Shown piece by piece: positions 8,251 to 18,072 of a DNA stretch of 64,000 bases. The notes beneath the pieces were generated by a model. The model was not told the DNA's origin. It searched no databases and worked only from the letters and a program-made list of their open reading frames with translations. Within the stretch, counting starts at the first letter, position 1; every line of letters begins with the position of its first letter. Made by a program: the position numbers and the translations under genes. This DNA is from an uncultured Acidobacteriota bacterium (GTDB lineage Bacteria > Acidobacteriota > CAIWXX01), in assembly GCA_903916735.1 (NCBI GenBank), contig CAIWXX010000120.1:75746-139745 (forward strand), read 5' to 3'.

Positions 8251-10044
8251 CTATCGTGAGTTTTCGTGTTCGTCTTTGTTGGACCCCTGCTGGTTCGCCG
8301 TCATCTGCTCGGTCGCTTCCCGCAAGTAGTCGCCAAGACTGGTTTTGCCGGCCGTCCCGCTCGATTGCTGATATTCCGCGACCTCCTGGCGTTCTTTGTC
8401 CAGGATGGCAGCGCGTATGCTCAGACCGATCTTCTTCTCGGCATTGTTGATCTTGATGATTTTTGCCTGCACAGAATCTTCCGGCTTGAACTTGTCTTCC
8501 GGTTTTTCAATGCGTTTTTCATCCAGCTCGCTGACATGGATCAGCCCTTCTATGCCCGGCTCCAACTCAACGAAAACTCCGAAATTCGTCACGCGCACGA
8601 TCTTCGCTTCCAGAACATCACCTACTGAATGCCGGCGAACAAAGTCATCCCAGACGTCCGGTTGGAGTTGTTTGATCCCGAGGGAGAGTCGCTGGTTGGA
8701 ACTATCGATGTTCAGAATCATGGCATCCACGATATCGCCCTTTTTCAGGACCTCGGATGGATGTTTGATTTTCTTAGTCCAGCTCAAGTCAGAGACATGA
8801 ATGAGTCCGTCGATTCCGTCTTCGACTTCAACGAAGGCTCCGAACTCAGTCAGATTCCGAATCTTGCCCTTAATGACCGAACCGATCTGATACTTTTGAG
8901 CGAGCATATGCCACGGATTGGGTTCCGTCTGCTTCAATCCCAGCGAGATCCGTTTGTTGGCCTGGTCGATATCAAGGACCTGCGTTTCGACAGAGTCGCC
9001 GACAGAGAGGATTTTGCTTGGGTGCTTGATTCTCTTGTTCCAGCTCATCTCCGAAATGTGGATCAGTCCTTCGACCCCATCACCCAGCGAAACGAATGCG
9101 CCGTATTCCGTCAGACTGATCACCTTTCCGCGGACGCGACTTCCCACAGGGTATTTCTCAGCGACCGACTCCCACGGGTCCGGCTGCCGTTGCTTGAACC
9201 CAAGCGATACGCGCTCGTTTTCGCGATCAAATTTAAGAACCACCACTTCAACTTCATCGCCGGGCTGAAAAAGCTCGGAGGGATGATTGATCCGCCCCCA
9301 CGACATGTCGGTGATGTGGAGCAGGCCATCGATGCCGCCGAGGTCGATGAATGCTCCGTAATCCGTGATATTCTTAACAAAGCCCTTGATGACAGCGCCC
9401 TCTTGCAGGGTTTCCAGCGTCACTTTCTTGCGGCTGATGTTTTCTTCTTCGAGAACAGCCTTGCGGCTGAGGACGATATTGCCGCGCTTTTTGTTGACCT
9501 TGATGACCTTCATCTGGAGGTCGCGGCCTTTGAGCGAATCGATGTTGCGAACGGGTTTGATGTCCAGCTGGCTGCCGGGCAGGAAGGCTCGTACGCCGAT
9601 GTCAACCGCAAAACCGCCTTTGATCCGTTCAATGATCCGGCCGGTGACGGTTGATTTCTCGGTATAGGCACGCTCGATCTGATCCCAGACCTTCATTTTC
9701 TCGGCCTTTTCGCGGGATAAGACGATGTATCCTTCGACGTCCTCAGATTGTTCCAGAAGCACGTCGATTTGATCGCCCGGCTTGACCGAGATGCGGCCGC
9801 CTTCCATCATGAATTCTTCGATCGGGATGATGCCTTCGCTCTTGTACCCGATGTCGACGATGACCTCGGATTCATTAACTTTCAGGACGGTTCCCTTAAG
9901 GACTTCCCCTTCGGAGAAACTCTTCATCCCGCTCTCGTAATTCTCCAGCATTTTTTCGAATTCGGCCGCTTCCGGATCATTCTTGGCCGAACCAGTGGGA
10001 CCACCCTCCTTTCTAATCAACTTCGATGGTTTGTGTTCGCTCAT
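8251..10044 (-). CDS. rpsA: 30S ribosomal protein S1
   Basis: Six repeated S1 RNA-binding domains (G.V.G.V.....GAFVDLG..EGLIHISE); 597 aa. Confidence 0.9.
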   Translation of the reverse strand: MSEHKPSKLIRKEGGPTGSAKNDPEAAEFEKMLENYESGMKSFSEGEVLKGTVLKVNESEVIVDIGYKSEGIIPIEEFMMEGGRISVKPGDQIDVLLEQSEDVEGYIVLSREKAEKMKVWDQIERAYTEKSTVTGRIIERIKGGFAVDIGVRAFLPGSQLDIKPVRNIDSLKGRDLQMKVIKVNKKRGNIVLSRKAVLEEENISRKKVTLETLQEGAVIKGFVKNITDYGAFIDLGGIDGLLHITDMSWGRINHPSELFQPGDEVEVVVLKFDRENERVSLGFKQRQPDPWESVAEKYPVGSRVRGKVISLTEYGAFVSLGDGVEGLIHISEMSWNKRIKHPSKILSVGDSVETQVLDIDQANKRISLGLKQTEPNPWHMLAQKYQIGSVIKGKIRNLTEFGAFVEVEDGIDGLIHVSDLSWTKKIKHPSEVLKKGDIVDAMILNIDSSNQRLSLGIKQLQPDVWDDFVRRHSVGDVLEAKIVRVTNFGVFVELEPGIEGLIHVSELDEKRIEKPEDKFKPEDSVQAKIIKINNAEKKIGLSIRAAILDKERQEVAEYQQSSGTAGKTSLGDYLREATEQMTANQQGSNKDEHENSR

Positions 10045-10365
10045 GTTTGCAAGGCCTCCTCAGGAACCGTAGTCCGGCTGCCTTACACAGATCAAGGCTC
10101 GGCGGCGCCACGGCTCTTCCGAAACACCAAATACTATTGAGAAGCGCCCGGTTTGTCAAACTGAAGAGCGCAATGATCGATGCACACTGGCCGACTGCCA
10201 GCACCGGAAATTGTTGGATTTGGCCGGTCGTCGATATCTGGAATCAATTCGCTTGAACAGTCTGACTTCCTTCCACTCAGGTTCGAACCAGAGAAACCAT
10301 TTCATCAGAGGAACGCGATTTCATAGGTTGAAGGATCAAGGGGCGGCATAATCGCTGCACCGCCA

Positions 10366-11481
10366 TTATGAAGAAAGGGCTTTCGTGCCTGTTAATACCA
10401 GCCCGGAAAACCCAAACGGCAGGCAATCCACGGCTCGCACGTTTTCGAGTTTCACGCCATCAGCCCAACGCCGCAGATCATCGAGCGAAAACCGGAATTC
10501 GTATGGGGCTCCAAAACGATCTTCAAGAGAACTGGCGATCCCTTTGGTATCGGGAAAGGTTCCATAAGGAATATGACGAGCAAGACTTGATGCACCAAGT
10601 TGATGAAGCAAACGAGCGGGAACTGTAAGGGTCAGAAAGACAATCGGCGCCGCCAGCCAGGCAAGTCCACGGAGGAGGGGAGCCGGCAATCGAGTCGAGA
10701 GTTGCCGTATCAAAGTAATTGGGACAAGCAAAAATCTCTTTAGAGGAATGTCCGAAAAGTCCTTATACACAAAAACAGTAATTCGGCCACCCGGGCGCAG
10801 ACATTCGACAAGACCCCGAAAAGCAGCCTCTGGATCGCGAGTATGGTGGAGGACTCCGAAAGAATAGACGAAGTCGAAAAAAGAAGAAACCAATGGCAAG
10901 GCCAGCAGGTTGCCTCGAACCAGATGCGCATTTCGAAGCTTTCCGATTTCATCCGCATTCATGGACATCCCATCCGACAAATCGACTCCGACGATCGTTT
11001 TCGAAGGATAGGCATTTGCAAGCCCAATCACGGTACTGCCGTTTCCACACCCCGCATCGATGCCGATGTTCCCCTCAATCACGTCCACACCCGATGCCAT
11101 CACCAGGAGTTCTATGTGCGACCGTGCGGGTGCTCGATAGCCGCCGCCTGGGCATTTCTTAGCCCGGTTAAAGTTTTTCCAGATATCTCCGTAGAGTCGC
11201 CCGGTTTGAGATTCCACCTCCGTTTCCGAATCAAGAAGGTATGGAATCCCGTTGACAACCGGAAATGATGTCGAACATTTTTCGCAAACAAGTGCTTTTG
11301 TCCTAATCTCATTTTCAGCCATATCGAGGCGCAGGTGGCCCCGGCACGCGGGACAAACAACCAAGAGCAATAGATCTCGTTTCACGATTCCTGCTTCATA
11401 TCCGGCAAGAGTCAAAATATGTTCAGGCGTTTCATGGTGCGGCGCTTCTGATGGATGGGATGTTGAGGAGTCCGGAGGCAT
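10366..11481 (-). CDS. Class I SAM-dependent methyltransferase with N-terminal Trm112-like zinc ribbon
   Basis: CPACRGHL...CEKCSTSFPVVNGIPYLL zinc ribbon, then a methyltransferase fold (VIEGNIGIDAGCGNGS, LRPGGRITVFV). Confidence 0.65.
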   Translation of the reverse strand: MPPDSSTSHPSEAPHHETPEHILTLAGYEAGIVKRDLLLLVVCPACRGHLRLDMAENEIRTKALVCEKCSTSFPVVNGIPYLLDSETEVESQTGRLYGDIWKNFNRAKKCPGGGYRAPARSHIELLVMASGVDVIEGNIGIDAGCGNGSTVIGLANAYPSKTIVGVDLSDGMSMNADEIGKLRNAHLVRGNLLALPLVSSFFDFVYSFGVLHHTRDPEAAFRGLVECLRPGGRITVFVYKDFSDIPLKRFLLVPITLIRQLSTRLPAPLLRGLAWLAAPIVFLTLTVPARLLHQLGASSLARHIPYGTFPDTKGIASSLEDRFGAPYEFRFSLDDLRRWADGVKLENVRAVDCLPFGFSGLVLTGTKALSS

Positions 11482-11616
11482 GCCAACAATGGTTGAGGTT
11501 TGCGTGAGCCAATTGAATCCACGACTCGCATATTTTCACGCCTGTCATACCCCCTCACGATAGTTGTCGGTGACATCGATCGAAATCCGCATTCTCAGAT
11601 TGAATGGCATGGTGTT

Positions 11617-12426
11617 TCAACGAGTCAGCTTCTCTCCGATTGCATCTCCCGCGGACGACTTTCGAATGAGTTCATTATTGGAAAGGATCTCCATGAGAAC
11701 CGTGCCCGAGTCCATCATTTTCCCCTTGGGTACGCCCGTCCATCGCAATTCAATGATCGTGCCGTTTTTGATGGCGCCGTGTGCCACATGTGACCAGAGA
11801 GGGTTGAGAGATGTCTGTTCAGCAAACCACCAGACTTCATCGCCTCGTTGGGTAATGTAATAGAGTCCTTCCTGGTTGTCTTTCCAGACCCCGGTCAAGT
11901 CGAATGTGGCCGCCGGGATGACCGGTGCGCTCTCATTGACCTCGATCGCTTTCACCACCGTCATTCCTTCATTATTGGAAGCGGCATTGCACGACCAGGA
12001 AGCAGGGTCCGAGTCAATCACTTCATATTTGCCAGGCGGAATGACGATGTCAGGAAAGATCTCCCAATGCCATTGCGGGTAGGGAATGCCGTTCATGCCT
12101 GTTGACTGCCATGGACCGTATATCTTGCCGCTGGAATCTCGCAGAGAAATAACGCCCGGTGTGCCGCTGAAATTGAAGTGATCGTTATTGATGGAAATGA
12201 TCTTATGCGGCGTGGGAATGGTGAAGGACGGATTCCGTCCACAACCCGTCTGCGGAAGTTTCTTGTTCTCATTACTAAAAATGATCTTGGCCGCCACCTG
12301 ACTCACTCGAGCATTTGCGGAAACCATAGCGGGCGAAATGCAGGCAATGAAGAGTACCGTCAAAGGAAGAACGATTGATGTCATCATCCCCTTCGCCGCA
12401 TGTTTGTGCAGATTCATTTTTTCCAT
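11617..12426 (-). CDS. Hypothetical secreted protein
   Basis: The long ORF (to 12621) probably starts at internal MEKMNLHKHAAKGMMTSIVLPLTVLFIACISPAMVSA (signal peptide). No recognisable domain. Confidence 0.45.
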   Translation of the reverse strand: MEKMNLHKHAAKGMMTSIVLPLTVLFIACISPAMVSANARVSQVAAKIIFSNENKKLPQTGCGRNPSFTIPTPHKIISINNDHFNFSGTPGVISLRDSSGKIYGPWQSTGMNGIPYPQWHWEIFPDIVIPPGKYEVIDSDPASWSCNAASNNEGMTVVKAIEVNESAPVIPAATFDLTGVWKDNQEGLYYITQRGDEVWWFAEQTSLNPLWSHVAHGAIKNGTIIELRWTGVPKGKMMDSGTVLMEILSNNELIRKSSAGDAIGEKLTR

Positions 12427-12683
12427 CCTTGCTGACGATATTATGCCCCTATTAATGGCGATTTCCCAAAAGGATTTATCGCCGGAGCCAAGAAGATTGC
12501 CCTCATGGATCAGAAGTAAAAATACTACGGACGTAGTATATTGAGTCTTGGATACGCCGGTGGACAGCCGGCCTCGGTCTCTGAAGACTGAGGATGGGCA
12601 CGGACGAAAGGGATATCGCACCGATCACTGACAGATCCAGGTCGGCGAAGATATCAACGTGAAGCATGGATGAACGGAGTCCG

Positions 12684-14063
12684 CTACTTCTCACCTCCCC
12701 TGCGCTGAATCCCCAAGGTTGTGATTTTCTGATGAAGGTAGGACCGGTGGATGTCCAGGCATTCCGCGACCTTCATGTAGTTCCAGGTCATCCGCTGCAG
12801 CATCGCTTCCAGATATTCTTTTTCGCACAATGTCTTAAAAGTCCTCAGGGGCATCGGGTGGATTTCCGAGATCCTGAGCAGCCCGCATTCAGCCTGCGGG
12901 CCTGCCTGGAAGATGTGCGACGGCAGATCCTCGGCCATGATGATATCTCCACCGAAGATGACCAGGCGTTCGCAGAGATTTTTTAGTTCGCGGACATTCC
13001 CGGGCCACTCATAACGGCTCAATTGCGTCAGCCCATCGGCGTCAATCAGCTTCTGCCGAATCTGGTGAGCGGTGCAGAAGTGAGAAAGATAGTAATTCGC
13101 CAGCAAAGGAATATCTTCGCGGCGTTCGCGCAACGACGGCACATGGATCGGTACATTGGAGAGCCGATAGAACAGGTCCTCGCGGAACTGATTCTGCTTC
13201 ACAAGCTGCTCGAGATCGCGATTTGTGGCGGCGATGATGCGTACGTCAACATGAATTTCCTTGGTGTCGCCGAGCCTGCGCAGAAATCCGTCTTCAAGCA
13301 CCCGCAGGAGGCGCGACTGGAGAGAATAATCCATGTCGCCGATCTCATCGAGAAAGAGCGTACCGCCATCGGCTTCTTCGAAGAGCCCGATCTTGCTCTG
13401 ACGAGCATCTGTAAAGGCGCCTTTCACGTGGCCGAACAGTTCATCTTCGATCAAATGCGCTGGAAAGGACGCACAATTGATTTTGATGAAGGGATTGCCT
13501 TCGCGCCGGCTCAGCTGATGCAGCGTGTTGGCGACAAGCTCTTTGCCCGTGCCGCTCTCACCTGTGATCAGAACGCGGGCATTTGTTCCAGCAACCTTTT
13601 GAATTTGGTCGATGACCGTCTTGATAGCCCTGGATTCACCCAATATCATCTGCCCCTGCCTGAGTTGCTGCTGCAGCTGTCGAATCTGACGCTGCAGAGC
13701 CATCCGTTCCAGGCTGTTCTTCACTGACAGGCAGAGCCGTTCATCGGAGAAAGGCTTTTCGATAAAATCACAGACTCCCAGCCGCAACGCATCAATCGCT
13801 TCGGCAATCGTGGCCTCGCCCGAGATGACGATCGTGGGCGGAAGGAGATCGGCACCCAGGCGGTTGATGAGGTCAATGCCGCTCATGCCGCCAAGCCTGA
13901 TATCCAGCAAGAGAAGATCGGTCGCCGTGACTCCGTCGGTGAGTATGCCGAGAGCATTTTCGGCTGAGCCGAAGGCTTTCACATCATATCCTTCGTCACG
14001 CAAAAGGGATACCATATGGGCTTGTATTTTCGCATTGTCTTCGACGACGATGATCGCGGCCAT
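12684..14063 (-). CDS. Sigma-54-dependent response regulator (NtrC family): REC + AAA+ sigma54-activator + Fis-type HTH
   Basis: REC with LLLLDIRLGGMSG (Asp acceptor); Walker [16 protein letters not shown]-like DELFGHVKGAFTDA; Walker B/arginine finger; C-terminal HTH. The GAFTGA loop reads GAFTDA. Confidence 0.85.
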   Translation of the reverse strand: MAAIIVVEDNAKIQAHMVSLLRDEGYDVKAFGSAENALGILTDGVTATDLLLLDIRLGGMSGIDLINRLGADLLPPTIVISGEATIAEAIDALRLGVCDFIEKPFSDERLCLSVKNSLERMALQRQIRQLQQQLRQGQMILGESRAIKTVIDQIQKVAGTNARVLITGESGTGKELVANTLHQLSRREGNPFIKINCASFPAHLIEDELFGHVKGAFTDARQSKIGLFEEADGGTLFLDEIGDMDYSLQSRLLRVLEDGFLRRLGDTKEIHVDVRIIAATNRDLEQLVKQNQFREDLFYRLSNVPIHVPSLRERREDIPLLANYYLSHFCTAHQIRQKLIDADGLTQLSRYEWPGNVRELKNLCERLVIFGGDIIMAEDLPSHIFQAGPQAECGLLRISEIHPMPLRTFKTLCEKEYLEAMLQRMTWNYMKVAECLDIHRSYLHQKITTLGIQRRGGEK

Positions 14064-14075
14064 TAATTATCTCCT

Positions 14076-15323
14076 TCATGCCGGCCGTGGCCGGGCCTTC
14101 TCTTCGCTGACAGGAAGGACCATGTGGAATTCCGTACCGGTGGAATCCGTGCGACTCAGAATCAGATCCCCCTGATGATCAAGCATGATCTTTTTCGCAA
14201 TCGCAAGCCCCAGCCCCATGCCCTCGCCCACCGGCTTCGTCGTCACGTAAGGCTCAAACAGGCGGCTCTTCAAAGAATCAGGAATACCCGGCCCTGTGTC
14301 TCGAACCACGAGCACCACTCGATCCTTTTCTTTTAGCAATCGGAATGTGATTGAACCAGGCACCGTCCCAAGAGCGCTCGCGCTGTTGGAACACAAGTTC
14401 ACCAGGACCTGCCGGATCATGCGGCGGTCCATGCCGACGTCGACACCCTGATCGGACGACCCCTCCCTGACCAATTTCATATGAGGCCAGACGCTCAGAT
14501 ATGACTCACAAAACTCCTTCAGAAATCGTCCCAGGTCTTCGCGCTTGACGACCGGCTTCCTGATCTTGGCAAAAGCCGTGAACTGATCCGTGAAATCATT
14601 CAACCGCCCGAGTTCTTCATGAATGCTTTCAACCGACCTCTTTCCCAATCCGTCAAAATCCGTGCAGCGGGCCTGGCACGCCTGGGCGAATTTCTTGAGC
14701 TCCAGCTGTATGGCCGTCAACGGCGTGCGGATCTCGTGCGCGACGCGCCGCGAGGATTCCTGCCATCGCTCCAGGAGCTCAAGTTGTTTGAGCCTCTTTC
14801 CCATGACCTGCGATGTGCTTTCGATCATCAACTCTATTCTGCCTAGCAGATCATGCCGTCGCCTGTCGAAGTCGACGGGTTCGCCGGCGGCGAGCCTCTC
14901 CAGGTTGTGCCTCAGTCCGAGCAATCTCCTGGCGAGCCGGCGTTGCTGCCAGAGCTGCACCCCGGCCACCGATAGAAGACTCAGGCCGAAGAGCGAGAAA
15001 AGCACCGTTTGATATCGGTTTAAAAGATATTGCCGGCTGGACTGAAGAACTTCCATGTGTGCAAGGAGAGCCTGCGTGCGGTCGAATTGCTCTCGATATT
15101 CCGATTCTTTTTCAGGTTCAAGATGGGCCAGCCTTTTCTGGTTGACGATCGAATCGGCGAGCACATCGTTGATTTCAGGATTGAGCGCCAGTTGCATCCA
15201 CGCCCCTGTGATCCACTTTTGCGATGCATAGAAAAAAAGTAAGCAGATCCCGATCATGAAACACAGGGTCACGAGAAGCTGCCTGTAATTCATCTGAGTC
15301 GCCTCTGAGATTCCCATTCCCAT
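14076..15323 (-). CDS. Sensor histidine kinase (HisKA + HATPase_c), two TM segments
   Basis: H-box HEIRTPLTAIQ; G-boxes DTGPGIP and GMGLGLAIAKK. It lies immediately upstream of the NtrC-family regulator, with a 12-nt gap. Confidence 0.85.
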   Translation of the reverse strand: MGMGISEATQMNYRQLLVTLCFMIGICLLFFYASQKWITGAWMQLALNPEINDVLADSIVNQKRLAHLEPEKESEYREQFDRTQALLAHMEVLQSSRQYLLNRYQTVLFSLFGLSLLSVAGVQLWQQRRLARRLLGLRHNLERLAAGEPVDFDRRRHDLLGRIELMIESTSQVMGKRLKQLELLERWQESSRRVAHEIRTPLTAIQLELKKFAQACQARCTDFDGLGKRSVESIHEELGRLNDFTDQFTAFAKIRKPVVKREDLGRFLKEFCESYLSVWPHMKLVREGSSDQGVDVGMDRRMIRQVLVNLCSNSASALGTVPGSITFRLLKEKDRVVLVVRDTGPGIPDSLKSRLFEPYVTTKPVGEGMGLGLAIAKKIMLDHQGDLILSRTDSTGTEFHMVLPVSEEKARPRPA

Positions 15324-15937
15324 TCGTAGCTGCGCACCGACTGCCGCCCGATGCCGCTGCTCATGAGAGTTGAAAAAAGACTATTGGCGGATGGCTGGCC
15401 GCCGATTCGGCGCTTGCGGTCTCTGTCGGCCTGGCTGGTGCTCCCGGGTTCGGGAACGTTCAGCAGTTTTGAAAACCAATCCCGCGCCTCGCCCTCTTCA
15501 GCTTTGGAATATGGGATGATATGGCACTTAACCTTTATGTGAAGAGCTTTGTCGGGCTCAATCTCCCTGATCGATGCCACTTTGATCGGCTCTGAAGACA
15601 ACCACTGTTTCATTTGATCGAAGGATTTGAAAGAATGCGATGCAAATGTTCCCGTACAGTCGAGACAGCGGACAAGCAGCACTTCCTCCCACACCTCGTA
15701 CCGGATCTCCAGAGCGCTGATTGATTCGACCGCTTTTGGGACGCCGTCGGCTTCGACTTTAGTCTCCAGTTCGATTGTCGCCGTGAGCCCCGACAAAAGA
15801 CGACGTTGCACATCCTTCTCCTCGATAGGTCCGCTGGGAAAAGTGAGCGCCAGGAAATTGTCATCAGTTCGCTGTACAGGGGGAGACCCCTGGTGAGCAA
15901 CAAGAGCCAGAGTCAGAAAAAGCGCTGCCGGAGTCAT
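15290..15937 (-). CDS. DUF4390-like periplasmic protein, first gene of the kinase/regulator operon
   Basis: Signal-peptide-like N-terminus. The composition matches DUF4390 proteins that commonly precede HK/sigma54-RR pairs. It overlaps the kinase start. Confidence 0.5.
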   Translation of the reverse strand: MTPAALFLTLALVAHQGSPPVQRTDDNFLALTFPSGPIEEKDVQRRLLSGLTATIELETKVEADGVPKAVESISALEIRYEVWEEVLLVRCLDCTGTFASHSFKSFDQMKQWLSSEPIKVASIREIEPDKALHIKVKCHIIPYSKAEEGEARDWFSKLLNVPEPGSTSQADRDRKRRIGGQPSANSLFSTLMSSGIGRQSVRSYEWEWESQRRLR

Positions 15938-16090
15938 TCGTCGACGGCAAGCCGCGCACCGGCGAAATGGCGATCGGCTCGTCGACGGCAGATCCGTGGC
16001 CTGAGATGCGTCGAGCCGACAGATTGAGGATGATTTTCCGCTCCCAGGCCGGCCGCTGCCGAAAAGGGACCCCTTATGATTGATTGCTCA

Positions 16091-16188
16091 GCAATGCAAA
16101 ATGGAAAATGCAAAATGCAAAATTCGAATTGTCCGGCCTCTCTATCACGATTCCGCCTTTTGTGATTTGCATTTTGCATTTTGCAATG
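16091..16188. repeat. Inverted arrays of the heptamer TGCAAAA (4 tandem copies on the left arm, about 3 inverted on the right) around a ~45-nt spacer
   Basis: Left arm tgcaaaatggaaaatgcaaaatgcaaaat (16095..16123); right arm atttgcattttgcattttgcaatg (16165..16188). Reverse complement of the right arm is cattgcaaaatgcaaaatgcaaat. It sits in the 380-bp intergenic region between the OMP gene and the DUF4390 operon. Confidence 0.8.
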
Positions 16189-16317
16189 AGGCCTATCGTT
16201 CACTCTGCCCACGAATTTTGCAGAACGAGCGTCGAACAGGGATCCCCTCGCCGCCGACACCTGTATCCTCAGAAAGCCGTGCTTATCGGGCACCTCTTTT
16301 TGCAGCGTGGGCTTCAT

Positions 16318-17730
16318 TTAACTGTATTGACGATTGGTCACATCGGATGTTTCACCATTGGACGCTCCAAGGGAATTGTAGAGATAACAATAACTCAAAC
16401 GTATCACACCCCATCTATTGCGGAAGAGAATGCCTGCTTCGAGAACACGTTCATCGGATTTGAATGAGACGATGTTTTGATTAAATTGGCGCCCTCTCAC
16501 TTCCAGACGAAGATCCCCATGCCGTTCCGTCAAAGAACGGCCCCACATATCCCAACTGACACCGATTGCCAATCCCAATTCGCGATAGTGCATATCTTTG
16601 ATGTTGCCGCCGGCTTCATGCAGACGATGAGACCCATGAGCTTGAACGTCGACAGCCAACCGATTTGTCGGCGACCAGTACTTGTCAATCTTCACATAAA
16701 TCATGGTCCCTTCAGCCATATTTTGGGTGATTCCATAAATGTTCAACCGCTCGCCCGGCGGAGGCATCACCCCCCAGTCGGACGCCCCGTATAGGCCTCC
16801 GTGGAATTCGGACTTCTGATGAACGTACTCAACACCAGACTCCATGCGCATGCCACGAAGCGGGATCAAAAGGTCATCTGTTGTGTCATAGTACCAACTG
16901 AGGTCCATTTGAAGTCGCTTGTCAGTCACCTGGTCTTGAATCGGCACATCGACTTCCGGGAAATCATATTCTTGCATCTGCTTGGCATAATTGATGTCGA
17001 ACGATACCCACTGATTTTTCTTGACCGGCACGGAGACGGTGAGAGAGGGAGAAATCGGTCGATGGGCTTTCACGGAAACCCGGGAGTATGTCGGCCGATC
17101 ATACTGAATGCCGACTCGCTCTCCCGTAAATTGTAAATTCACATTCAGAAAAACATGCTTCCCCATCAGATTGTAGTGGCTGAAGCCGACATTCAGCCCT
17201 GCGAATGGGGCATCGATAGCTTCCACGCTGGGACTTTCCCGGCTGACGATCGCGTATCCAATCCCATAGGCCCCGATGTTCATCCGCCCGCCGACCTCAA
17301 GGCTCTGCGTGCTGCTGCCGGCATCGGATGATGGCGGGAGCCCCGAATCGTAGGAAATGCCCTTGACATTTTCACGCCGCGTCATGTCGATCCAAGACTT
17401 TTCATACTGGAAGAGCAGGGGGTTTTCTTCAGAGACATGGATGACGAGAGCGTATGTTCCATAGGTTTCTCCTTTGGCAAGCGAGAAATCCGCAGAGAGA
17501 ATGAAAGACAGCCTGGTAATCCGCCGGAGTGCCAACACGAGCTCTTTCTCAGTGTAGAATTGCCCGAGCTTCAATCTGGATTCCTCCCGTATGATGTCTT
17601 TTGAGACCCACCTGGCTCCTTCAACATCGATCCGCGTAATATGAAACGCAGGCTCAGCCGCATCGGCACTGATGAAGTGTGCAGAGACGAGCAGAGCCAC
17701 GGTCGCTAGAATAAATCGATTTGCCTTCAT
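16318..17730 (-). CDS. Outer-membrane beta-barrel protein with one N-terminal POTRA domain (Omp85/TpsB superfamily)
   Basis: Signal peptide MKANRFILATVALLVSAHFISADA. POTRA-like ITRIDVEGARWVSKDIIREESRLKLGQFYTEKELVLALRRI. Long beta-strand-rich C-terminal region ending aromatic-rich. Confidence 0.6.
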   Translation of the reverse strand: MKANRFILATVALLVSAHFISADAAEPAFHITRIDVEGARWVSKDIIREESRLKLGQFYTEKELVLALRRITRLSFILSADFSLAKGETYGTYALVIHVSEENPLLFQYEKSWIDMTRRENVKGISYDSGLPPSSDAGSSTQSLEVGGRMNIGAYGIGYAIVSRESPSVEAIDAPFAGLNVGFSHYNLMGKHVFLNVNLQFTGERVGIQYDRPTYSRVSVKAHRPISPSLTVSVPVKKNQWVSFDINYAKQMQEYDFPEVDVPIQDQVTDKRLQMDLSWYYDTTDDLLIPLRGMRMESGVEYVHQKSEFHGGLYGASDWGVMPPPGERLNIYGITQNMAEGTMIYVKIDKYWSPTNRLAVDVQAHGSHRLHEAGGNIKDMHYRELGLAIGVSWDMWGRSLTERHGDLRLEVRGRQFNQNIVSFKSDERVLEAGILFRNRWGVIRLSYCYLYNSLGASNGETSDVTNRQYS

Positions 17731-17910
17731 TTTGTGATCCCTAGTTTAACAGCGATTAGTCATTTCATTCAATCTGGTGGCCATGCAATCTCCAGGCCAA
17801 CACACACGCCTTTCTTTCGTCGAGCAATATAGCCCATCGAGTACCCGTGTTAGTGTCCAAACGGCGACACGAAATGGCAAGATCTTCGGAACATGCATTA
17901 TCCCGTCCGA

Positions 17911-18072
17911 ACCTCTTAGGAATGCAGGAAGTAAGGAAACCGGGAACGAACCGACCATCGTCGGCACACCACATTTTCCGTTCCTGCATTCATCTCTTCC
18001 TGCATTCCTGAGAGGTCTGGAGTCGCTCTGTAGTGCGGCCACCGTCTTTGGTTCTGGCTGCGCCAGGTTAGG
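17911..18072 (+). repeat. Copy A of a ~165-nt structured intergenic repeat element (second copy at 58975..59139)
   Basis: About 82% identity with copy B over the ~95-nt core (ccgttcctgcattcat...ttcctgcattcctgagaggtc...gtctttggttctggctgcgccaggttagg). An upstream arm cctcttaggaatgcaggaag is the reverse complement (one G-U) of the core cttcctgcattcctgagagg, so a ~20-bp stem is possible. It lies in an 850-bp gene-free gap. Confidence 0.75.

Noticed and set aside
8629-9654. 341-aa plus-strand ORF
   Set aside because: It lies entirely antisense to rpsA. The composition is Arg/Asp-rich with no domain signal, the usual high-GC antisense artefact.
13023-13727. 234-aa plus-strand ORF
   Set aside because: Antisense to the sigma54 response regulator; no recognisable motifs.
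15934-16317. 127-aa minus-strand ORF spanning the heptad palindrome
   Set aside because: The translation is low-complexity and has no start context. The region is better explained as regulatory intergenic DNA.
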